From IMG/VR virus record IMGVR_UViG_2548876943_000020: a stretch of 9,186 nt of DNA, one strand, 5' to 3'. The stretch is from a virus. Taxonomy: Duplodnaviria > Heunggongvirae > Uroviricota > Caudoviricetes. Below the pieces are notes generated by a model. That model worked only from the letters and a program-made list of their open reading frames with translations, was not told the origin of the DNA and did not search any database. A program made the position numbers and the translations under genes. Below are positions 1-8,143 of the stretch, piece by piece. Each line of letters starts with the position of its first letter. Within the stretch, counting starts at the first letter, position 1.

Positions 1-159
1 TACATCAACGCCGGGTATTTCACGGTGAAAGAAGTGGTGCTGGATGATGAAGATGGTTACCAGATACGGCTGACGCCCCAATTAACGGGTAAAGGCCAGC
101 AGTGGTTAACTCGCAAGCTACTTGATGCTGGTTTGTTAAAACCAGTAGCGGCTGAGTGA
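1..159 (+). CDS. 3' end (last 52 codons plus TGA) of an unidentified conserved protein-coding gene; partial, continues upstream of the window
   Basis: Frame 1 is open from the window edge and ends ...GKGQQWLTRKLLDAGLLKPVAAE*. The same 52-aa C-terminus is encoded in inverted orientation at 9028..9186 with only synonymous differences, which argues for a real, selected coding sequence. Confidence 0.5.
   Translation, partial: YINAGYFTVKEVVLDDEDGYQIRLTPQLTGKGQQWLTRKLLDAGLLKPVAAE
1..159. repeat. Left arm of an imperfect inverted repeat (partner 9028..9186)
   Basis: Reverse complement of 9028..9186 aligns colinearly with 1..159 with no gaps. The outer 54 nt are identical; the inner 105 nt carry 13 synonymous codon differences plus TGA versus TAA. 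Similarity stops exactly at the stop codons. Confidence 0.9.
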
Positions 160-166
160 TTAAATT

Positions 167-189
167 AAAAAGGCGGCCTTTCGGCCGCC
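167..189 (-). terminator. Intrinsic terminator-like hairpin downstream of the protease/scaffold gene
   Basis: Plus strand is AAAAA then GGCGGCC-tttc-GGCCGCC. On the minus strand this is a 7-bp GC stem followed by a U5 tract, about 45 nt after the stop at 235. Confidence 0.45.
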
Positions 190-234
190 AGTGATTTCAG
201 ATACCCCGGCAGCCGCCGGGGTTATTTTTGGTGG

Positions 235-2965
<2,731 letters not shown>

Positions 2966-3031
2966 TTAATTAGAATAATTCGCATCGTGTTTGAACGGAA
3001 TTTAACACTAGTCACTTGTTAAGGATTACCA

Positions 3032-3181
3032 ATGAACAAGCTATCTATGGGGGTGTTTCGCTGTTCAAGTGTCAGCGAAATATTGAAATATATTAGTGCA
3101 ATAACATTTCATCGGGCGCCGATTAGATACGGCGTGGAAAAGGTGGAAGGCAAAAGCTATGACCGACTACGCCGGACGTGA
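3032..3181 (+). CDS. Small ORF (49 aa) immediately upstream of lxc; possible ulx-like gene
   Basis: ATG at 3032 preceded by AAGGA; ends TGA at 3179..3181. It is below the 60-aa ORF-track cutoff and is supported only by its RBS and its position upstream of lxc. Confidence 0.2.
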   Translation: MNKLSMGVFRCSSVSEILKYISAITFHRAPIRYGVEKVEGKSYDRLRRT

Positions 3182-3268
3182 AATAATATGTCCACACTAT
3201 CTGATACAATAAAACCGAATAGGACATAATTTCGACGTCAAAGCCTTGGCACAGGCTGGAGAGAAAAC

Positions 3269-3517
3269 TTGAAAAAGCGATACTACACAGTAAAGCATGG
3301 GACGCTACGAGCATTACAAGAGTTTGCTGACAAGCATAACGTTGAGGTGCGAAGGGAAGGGGGCAGTAAAGCTCTGCGCATGTACCGTCCGGACGGGAAA
3401 TGGCGGACAGTCGTTGATTTCAAAACAAACAGTGTTCCCCAGGGGGTCCGCGATCGGGCATTCGAAGAATGGGAGCAGATCATCATAGATAACGCATTGC
3501 TCCTGAATGCAGATTAA
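3269..3517 (+). CDS. lxc: Lxc/Bof-like C1 co-repressor, 82 aa, TTG start
   Basis: The ORF starts at a TTG with SD GGAGAG 7 nt upstream and has no in-frame ATG near the start. The 82-aa length and the position between the mat-position gene and the portal match P1 lxc (bof) as I recall it. Confidence 0.5.
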   Translation: MKKRYYTVKHGTLRALQEFADKHNVEVRREGGSKALRMYRPDGKWRTVVDFKTNSVPQGVRDRAFEEWEQIIIDNALLLNAD

Positions 3518-3532
3518 ACTTTCCGCCCTTTT

Positions 3533-3551
3533 GCCCGGTCTATCGCCGGGC
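3533..3551. terminator. Hairpin between the convergent lxc and 213-aa ORF stops
   Basis: GCCCGG-tctatcg-CCGGGC lies in the 39-bp gap between the stops at 3517 and 3557. The downstream U-tract is weak on both strands. Confidence 0.3.
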
Positions 3552-3556
3552 ATCTT

Positions 3557-4198
3557 TCAGAGATAATTACCTTTACCCGTCAATTCCCCTTGTGGTACTT
3601 GTTTTTGCGCCAGTGTTTGGGTTCCGTGAATTATGTTAATCAGAGGTCTTAGTAACGATGGTTCCTGGCGGGCCTCAACTTCTCCAGCCATTGCCCTGAT
3701 GTAGTCGGCGCTGGCAACATTGTTGTATTCCGTTGCGAAACAGCATAACAATGTCAGAACATGCTCTGTTGTTATTTCGCTCCAGTTGATGTTGAAAAAT
3801 TCATCGCCTTTTTTATCGTGTTCGGAATCGAAGATGCTTTGGTGGAGGATGTATTTGCCGGATTCCTTGCGCGGTAACTTGATCGCTTTCTGGCGTTCCA
3901 GCTCCTTGTAAATCTGCATTGCTTCAATTAGTACCGGCCTGCCGTTCATGAAGGGATCGCGCAACCTTACACGCTGGCCAACTCGACCGGTAATAAAGCT
4001 GTTTTCCTCTTCCACCAGCACGATAAAACCCTTTTCCTCTTTTTCTCGCAATTCGCGCAGCAGCTGGAGTTCCATATCGCGGCGGCGTTCAGGGTAGCTG
4101 GTCCGCTCAGCCATGATCAGCTCATTGTTGATCCATGCAGCAGTCATTGACGCCGGTTTGCCGACGCTCATTGAAACAACGCATATTTTCTTATCCAT
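3557..4198 (-). CDS. Hypothetical protein, 213 aa from the ATG at 4198 (position corresponds to P1 mat); function not recognisable from sequence
   Basis: The ORF track gives 3557..4225, but the internal ATG at 4198 has a GGGG SD-like motif upstream and immediately follows a terminator-like hairpin, so I prefer it. The product is charged with a Glu/Lys-rich central segment and no motif I can name. Confidence 0.5.
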   Translation of the reverse strand: MDKKICVVSMSVGKPASMTAAWINNELIMAERTSYPERRRDMELQLLRELREKEEKGFIVLVEEENSFITGRVGQRVRLRDPFMNGRPVLIEAMQIYKELERQKAIKLPRKESGKYILHQSIFDSEHDKKGDEFFNINWSEITTEHVLTLLCCFATEYNNVASADYIRAMAGEVEARQEPSLLRPLINIIHGTQTLAQKQVPQGELTGKGNYL

Positions 4199-4208
4199 AG
4201 CGCCCCTA

Positions 4209-4235
4209 CAAAAAAGAAAAGCCACCAGCGGCGGC
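4209..4235 (-). terminator. Intrinsic terminator-like hairpin plus U-tract immediately upstream of the 213-aa ORF
   Basis: Minus strand reads GCCGCC-GCU-GGUGGC (6-bp stem with one G-U) followed by UUUUCUUUUUU, then GUAGGGGCGCU and the ATG. Confidence 0.35.
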
Positions 4236-4386
4236 TTAGCAATACAACTGAAGGTAGCGCCCGGTACTCAGACTGTGCCGTCCATGGAATATTTGAAAAG
4301 GGATCCATCCGTACCGGGCGTGTGATGATTCTGACTGAAGTCACTTGTCAGTTGTCAATCATTTATCATTAAAAATAATATATTTA

Positions 4387-4947
4387 TTAGTGCATGATGT
4401 TTGCCATCTCATAGGCATCAGCCAGTAACTCCATCTCTGACTTGTTCAGCAAGGTGAATTCTTTCTTGCCTCCAACCACACCATCGGCATGAACAGGGAC
4501 CAGCCATGGGTATTTTTCTCTTACTTCAGCCGGAGCTGCATGCTGGTGGTGCCATCTACAAAGTGGCAATTGCTTTTTATGACAACCCGGCGCGGTACGA
4601 CCGGCGATATGGTGCAGAGACACCTCATTAGATATTACTCCATGCATATAGCAGGCAATGCAGGGGAGAGCGCCAAGAGCATTGGCGATGCGCCGTTCCT
4701 CCGCCGTTGGTGTTCTCCCCTTCAAGCCACGAGATTTTATTTTTACCGCGCTTTTCCGCGTTTTGCTGGCTGGTGGGCGCTCTTTCTGTTTAGCGATACG
4801 GCGGTCGATAGAATCCCGCATTTTCTGATATTGCGATTCTCTCCAGGCGGGGTCAGCCAACTTTTCCCGTTGCCGAGCGATCGCTCGTTCTCTGGCTGCC
4901 TTCTGCCACTCGCGGCGCTGTTCAAGTTTTTGTTCGATTGTTTTCAT
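4387..4947 (-). CDS. ref: Ref-like RecA-dependent HNH-type nuclease, 186 aa from the ATG at 4947
   Basis: Highly charged N-terminal region followed by a Cys/His-rich core (CIACYMHGV...HHIAGR...CHKK...CRWHH) consistent with an HNH/zinc nuclease fold. Length, position downstream of cre and the C1 operator-like sites upstream match P1 ref as I recall it. The ORF track's longer 221-aa version would begin upstream of a terminator hairpin, so the ATG at 4947 is preferred. Confidence 0.7.
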   Translation of the reverse strand: MKTIEQKLEQRREWQKAARERAIARQREKLADPAWRESQYQKMRDSIDRRIAKQKERPPASKTRKSAVKIKSRGLKGRTPTAEERRIANALGALPCIACYMHGVISNEVSLHHIAGRTAPGCHKKQLPLCRWHHQHAAPAEVREKYPWLVPVHADGVVGGKKEFTLLNKSEMELLADAYEMANIMH

Positions 4948-4952
4948 ATGGC

Positions 4953-4978
4953 AAAAAAAAGGCGGCCTAATGGCCGCC
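4953..4978 (-). terminator. Canonical intrinsic terminator structure ending 5 nt upstream of the ref ATG
   Basis: Plus strand is A8 then GGCGGCC-taat-GGCCGCC, so the minus-strand RNA is a 7-bp GC stem, 4-nt loop and U8, then GC and the AUG. The stem sequence is the same as in the hairpin at 172..189. Confidence 0.4.
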
Positions 4979-5032
4979 AATGATGTCAAGGAGTTAAGTA
5001 ATGGCAACGTCTTCGTAGTTGACAAAAACTGC

Positions 5033-5062
5033 GGCTCAATTATAGCAATCAATTAGAGCAAT
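5033..5062 (-). promoter_or_regulatory. Tandem C1 operator-like sites (Op2-like) with a TATAAT hexamer, upstream of ref
   Basis: Minus strand reads ATTGCTCTAATTGATTGCTATAATTG. ATTGCTCTAAT matches the first 11 nt of the C1 operator consensus and an adjacent ATTGCTATAAT half-site overlaps a perfect TATAAT. Confidence 0.5.
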
Positions 5063-5192
5063 GGTAGATATTTTGTTAATCGAGAATCACATTTTTTCAC
5101 TTCAGTACCTGTGTGCTATACTCTTTCTTGATTGATTGGATGCGGAATACAAACCCGCTCTTTTGTGCAGCCTGGCTCCTTGCCAGGCTTTT

Positions 5193-5504
5193 TTATTTCA
5201 TCATGGAAGCTGTTAACGCTTTGGATCTTGCTGAACTGATTGAAAGGGCATTGTTTACCTTACCCAGGAGTTCGCCAAATTCCGCCATCACTCTAGTAAG
5301 CCCTCGCCGCGCTTCCTCCTCCGTTGCATTCATCACAAAATGTTCAGCACTCCGCATGCTTTTAACGGGGAACGCAACAGATATCGAGTCGATATCAGGC
5401 ATCCTATCGCTCAATTTTACGGTGACAATGACAGATGGTGACTGAATTTGAGAGCTTACAGACAGCACCACATATTTTCCGTCTATTTTGAAATCCTTCC
5501 GCAT
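5193..5504 (-). CDS. Hypothetical protein, 103 aa (position corresponds to P1 cra, downstream of cre)
   Basis: ATG at 5504 with GGTGA 4 to 8 nt upstream, and a C1 operator-like site just upstream at 5521..5537. No recognisable motif; identity is by synteny only. Confidence 0.45.
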   Translation of the reverse strand: MRKDFKIDGKYVVLSVSSQIQSPSVIVTVKLSDRMPDIDSISVAFPVKSMRSAEHFVMNATEEEARRGLTRVMAEFGELLGKVNNALSISSARSKALTASMMK

Positions 5505-5520
5505 GTGTCACCATAAATAT

Positions 5521-5537
5521 CAAATAATTAGAGCAAT
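5521..5537 (-). promoter_or_regulatory. C1 operator-like site between the cre stop and the 103-aa ORF
   Basis: Minus strand ATTGCTCTAATTATTTG matches the consensus ATTGCTCTAATAAATTT at 14 of 17 positions. Confidence 0.4.
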
Positions 5538-5554
5538 CAAGTAAAAATGAACGG

Positions 5555-6586
5555 CTAATCGCCATCTTCCAGCAGGCGCACCATTGCCCCCGTTTCACTA
5601 TCCAGGTTACGAATGTAGTTCATGACAATATTTACGTTGGTCCAGCCACCAGCTTGCATGATCTCCGGTATTGAAACTCCGGCGCGGGCCATATCTCGCG
5701 CGGCACCGACACGGGCACTATGTCCAGACCAGGCCAGGTATCGCTGACCAGAGTCATCTTTTGCCCCGTAAATCAATCGGTGAGTTGCTTCAAAAATCCC
5801 TTCCAGGGCGCGAGTTGATAGCTGGCTGGTGGATGATGGCGCGGCAACACCATTTTTTCTGACGCGGCAAAACAGGTAGTTATTCGGATCATCAGCTACA
5901 CCAGAGACAGAAATCCATCGCTCAACCAGTTTAGTTACCCCCAGGCTAAGTGCCTTCTCTACACCAGCGGTGCTAACCAGCGTTTTCGTTCTGCCAATAT
6001 GGATTAACATTCTCCCACCGTCAGTACGTGAGATATCTTTAACCCTGATCCTAGAAATTTCGGCTATACGTAACAGGGTGTTATAAGCAATCCCCAGAAA
6101 TGCCAGATTACGTATATCCTGGCAGCGATCGCTATTTTCCATGAGTGAACGAACCTGGTCGAAATCAGTGCGTTCGAACGCCAGCGCCTGTTTTGCACGC
6201 TCACCGGCATCAACGTTTTCTTTTCGGATCCGTCGCATGACCAGTGAAACAGCATTGCTGTCACTTGGTCGTGGCAGCCCGGACCGACGATGAAGCATGT
6301 TTAGCTGGCCCAAATGTTGCTGGATAGTTTTTACTGCCAGACCACGCGCCTGAAGATATAGAAGGTAATCGCGAACATCTTCAGGTTCTGCGGGAAACCA
6401 TTTCCGGTTATTCAACTTGCACCATGCCGCCCACGACCGGCAAACGGACAGAAGCATTTTCCAGGTATGATCAGAAAACGCCTGGCGATCCCTGAACATG
6501 TCCATCAGGTTCTTGCGAACCTCATCACTCGTTGCATCGACCGGCAATGCAGGCAAATTTTGGTGAACGGTTAACGAATTAGTCAT
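5555..6586 (-). CDS. cre: Cre tyrosine site-specific recombinase, 343 aa
   Basis: The translation MTNSLTVHQNLPALPVDATSDEVRKNLMDMFRDRQAFS...GAMVRLLEDGD is near-identical over its full length to P1 Cre as I remember it, including the C-terminal catalytic region. The few differences are at residues 2 to 4 and about three internal positions. A canonical loxP lies 0.82 kb upstream. Confidence 0.95.
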   Translation of the reverse strand: MTNSLTVHQNLPALPVDATSDEVRKNLMDMFRDRQAFSDHTWKMLLSVCRSWAAWCKLNNRKWFPAEPEDVRDYLLYLQARGLAVKTIQQHLGQLNMLHRRSGLPRPSDSNAVSLVMRRIRKENVDAGERAKQALAFERTDFDQVRSLMENSDRCQDIRNLAFLGIAYNTLLRIAEISRIRVKDISRTDGGRMLIHIGRTKTLVSTAGVEKALSLGVTKLVERWISVSGVADDPNNYLFCRVRKNGVAAPSSTSQLSTRALEGIFEATHRLIYGAKDDSGQRYLAWSGHSARVGAARDMARAGVSIPEIMQAGGWTNVNIVMNYIRNLDSETGAMVRLLEDGD

Positions 6587-6978
6587 TTATTATGCGTGAT
6601 TTTAACAGTTAAGCCTTGTTCATGAAGTATCTCATCAATAATTCGAATCACATCCCCTGGTAGATCATCGTTCTCGAAATATCTGTGATCGGGGATTTCT
6701 ACAGTGATTGGGGTTGCTGCTTTATGCAAAATCCGAACAATCTTTTTTTCTTTTTTGCATGTTGCATATTCAGCCTCTTCGATATCTATCCAGCTCGCAC
6801 CATCAAATTGCTGGTAAACCCGAGTGTATAGTAAGCGGTTTCGCTTTACTTCTTCTGCTAACTCCCAAATTGCAACAGCCATAGCACGTTCATTTTCATT
6901 CGTTCCAGGGTTAGCAGCTTTTTGTTTTGCGTCGTTCAGTAAGGCGTTTACCTTGGCATCTGTCAGGCCATTAAACAT
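6583..6978 (-). CDS. Hypothetical protein, 131 aa, translationally coupled to cre; not recognised
   Basis: ATG at 6978 with SD GAGGTGA upstream. Its TGA overlaps the cre ATG as ATGA. No motif I can name. Confidence 0.6.
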   Translation of the reverse strand: MFNGLTDAKVNALLNDAKQKAANPGTNENERAMAVAIWELAEEVKRNRLLYTRVYQQFDGASWIDIEEAEYATCKKEKKIVRILHKAATPITVEIPDHRYFENDDLPGDVIRIIDEILHEQGLTVKITHNK

Positions 6979-6997
6979 TCATCACCTCATGATCAAG

Positions 6998-7219
6998 TTA
7001 AATTATTGTTTTCAGCAGAGTGTACAGGATTGGCTCTGCCTTTACCTGGTTATGGTTCTCGTCATAGAAACGCCAGCGACCGCGCGTGCGTTCTATTTTC
7101 TCTTCACCGCGAGATAATGACAGTTGGTAACTATCACGCTCAAACCATTTTGCCCGCCAGTAACCACGGTTTTTCTCAAGCTCAAGATGAGTGGACACTT
7201 TAGCAGCTGAATATCCCAT
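6998..7219 (-). CDS. Hypothetical small basic protein, 73 aa, first gene of the leftward cre operon; not recognised
   Basis: ATG at 7219 with a strong SD AGAGGTGA upstream. Trp/Arg-rich with two similar segments (GYWRAKWFERDSYQL and GRWRFYDENHNQV). Its stop is 19 nt before the 131-aa ORF start. Confidence 0.5.
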   Translation of the reverse strand: MGYSAAKVSTHLELEKNRGYWRAKWFERDSYQLSLSRGEEKIERTRGRWRFYDENHNQVKAEPILYTLLKTII

Positions 7220-7250
7220 TTTTCACCTCTGATTGATTGGTGGTGCTAAG

Positions 7251-7311
7251 TGCGCTACGCGAAATCTGGAGCACTAACACTGCCAACATTTCGCAGATTT
7301 TACGTAGCGCA
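7251..7311. promoter_or_regulatory. Large imperfect palindrome in the leader between the GATC cluster and the 73-aa ORF
   Basis: Arms TGCGCTACGCGAAATCTG (7251..7268) and CAGATTTTACGTAGCGCA (7294..7311) are complementary at 16 of 18 positions, with a 25-nt loop. Confidence 0.3.
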
Positions 7312-7315
7312 ACCT

Positions 7316-7337
7316 TGATCAAATGATCAAGTGATCA
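7316..7337 (-). promoter_or_regulatory. Cluster of three TGATCA (Dam GATC) hexamers; candidate methylation-sensitive promoter for the leftward cre operon
   Basis: TGATCA occurs at 7316, 7324 and 7332 with 8-bp periodicity, and TTGATC could serve as a -35 on the minus strand. Dam-sensitive cre promoters are described for P1, but the exact correspondence is not verified here. Confidence 0.4.
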
Positions 7338-7408
7338 CTATTTGACCTGATAAGGTATTGAACTGTATGGATTTACAGGTAAATTAATCATGTTCAATAA
7401 CCCTTAAG

Positions 7409-7442
7409 ATAACTTCGTATAATGTATGCTATACGAAGTTAT
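7409..7442 (+). other. loxP: loxP recombination site (Cre target), wild-type 34-bp sequence
   Basis: Exact ATAACTTCGTATA-ATGTATGC-TATACGAAGTTAT: two 13-bp inverted arms around the 8-bp asymmetric spacer. Confidence 0.97.
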
Positions 7443-7485
7443 TAGGTCCGAAGAGGAGTTTACGTCCAGCTACGCATAAAAATCA

Positions 7486-7502
7486 AGAATTATTAGAGCA
7501 AT
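7486..7502 (-). promoter_or_regulatory. C1 operator-like site in the immC control region
   Basis: Minus strand ATTGCTCTAATAATTCT matches the consensus at 15 of 17 positions. Confidence 0.5.
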
Positions 7503-7562
7503 AAATTTTGAGAGAAAAATCCCACTCCACCAGCCAAAAACTGGATTGTTTTTCATAGTTGT

Positions 7563-7589
7563 TTGACAATTGCTCTAATAAATTATAGT
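7563..7589 (+). promoter_or_regulatory. Rightward promoter-like element (TTGACA, TATAGT) overlapped by a near-consensus C1 operator; candidate coi/c1 promoter
   Basis: TTGACA at 7563..7568 and TATAGT at 7584..7589 (15-bp spacer, shorter than optimal). ATTGCTCTAATAAATTA at 7569..7585 matches the consensus at 16 of 17 positions. Confidence 0.5.
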
Positions 7590-7823
7590 TTTGCCGCCGT
7601 TACGTAATACGACTTTGGATTCACTATTTAATGTGTCTTCAGCGTTGTAGAGCGGCTCAGAAGGAAATGAGCAAACAGGGAAACCTTATACAACGGCATT
7701 ACAGCTATGCATTGCTCATCTTACACACAGCGCAATGTTGTTAGATTACCCCAGCATGGATCATGGGTGAAACAGTAGGTCAGAGCTTCAGGCTCTGTGT
7801 TGTCAATACAGTGAGGCATAATT

Positions 7824-8033
7824 ATGGCTTTCATTCAACCAACCATCGACGACGTTAGACATTGCTCTAACGCTTTATCTGTAGACCCTGCCGAAACCGA
7901 CGCTGCCCGCGCCATTGCTGAACACTACTCAAAGATATCCAATCAGGAGTACCGCATCACCCAAGACGACCTGGATGATCTCACTGACACAATCGAATAT
8001 CTCATGGCCACTAACCAGCCAGACTCACAATAA
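7824..8033 (+). CDS. coi: Coi-like C1 inactivator, 69 aa
   Basis: 69-aa acidic ORF with SD GTGAGG upstream, immediately upstream of c1. Size and position match P1 coi as I recall it. Confidence 0.7.
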   Translation: MAFIQPTIDDVRHCSNALSVDPAETDAARAIAEHYSKISNQEYRITQDDLDDLTDTIEYLMATNQPDSQ

Positions 8034-8069
8034 ATGCACTAATAAATCTATTATTTTCGTTGGATCCTT

Positions 8070-8110
8070 CTATAATGGTGGCCAACAACTCCCAGTGTAA
8101 TCCGCTGTGA
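8070..8110. promoter_or_regulatory. 12-bp perfect inverted repeat with a 17-nt spacer between coi and c1
   Basis: GGCCAACAACTC (8070..8081) and GAGTTGTTGGCC (8099..8110) are exact reverse complements. A TATAAT hexamer sits at 8061..8066 and no U-tract follows. Confidence 0.35.
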
Positions 8111-8143
8111 GTTGTTGGCCATGTCAATTCTGGAGGAGGATCA

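Noticed and set aside
3283-3553. ORFs 3283..3486 (-), 3297..3488 (+) and 3314..3553 (-) overlapping the lxc-like gene
   Set aside because: They are alternative frames of the same 250 bp. The plus-strand frame starting at TTG 3269 has the only good RBS and the expected 82-aa size.
3557-4225. Longer 222-aa version of the mat-position ORF (start 4225) and 221-aa version of ref (start 5052)
   Set aside because: The upstream extensions would begin before terminator-like hairpins and U-tracts and lack an SD. The internal ATGs at 4198 and 4947 are preferred, the latter giving the expected 186-aa Ref length.
4489-4983. Plus-strand 164-aa ORF antisense to ref, and the 60-aa ORF 4743..4925
   Set aside because: They lie entirely within ref, which has a recognisable HNH-like core and the expected size. 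No SD precedes the antisense ORF.
5113-5445. Plus-strand 110-aa ORF overlapping the 103-aa minus-strand ORF
   Set aside because: The minus-strand ORF has a GGTGA RBS and an upstream operator-like site and is co-oriented with cre and ref. The plus-strand ORF has no RBS. This choice is by context and remains somewhat uncertain.
6824-7203. Plus-strand ORFs 6824..7117 and 7006..7203, antisense to the 73-aa and 131-aa genes
   Set aside because: No SD precedes them, whereas both minus-strand ORFs have strong GAGGTGA-type RBSs and the downstream one is coupled to cre.
7605-7629. T7 promoter-like sequence: TAATACGACT, then 6 nt (ttggat), then CACTAT
   Set aside because: The 10-mer and 6-mer matches are split by a 6-bp insertion, which would abolish T7 RNA polymerase recognition, and nothing else here is T7-related. 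Most likely coincidence, or part of an unrelated promoter element.
7915-8100. 61-aa plus-strand ORF overlapping the 3' half of coi in another frame
   Set aside because: It sits inside coi with no RBS and has a low-complexity product. Overlap artefact.
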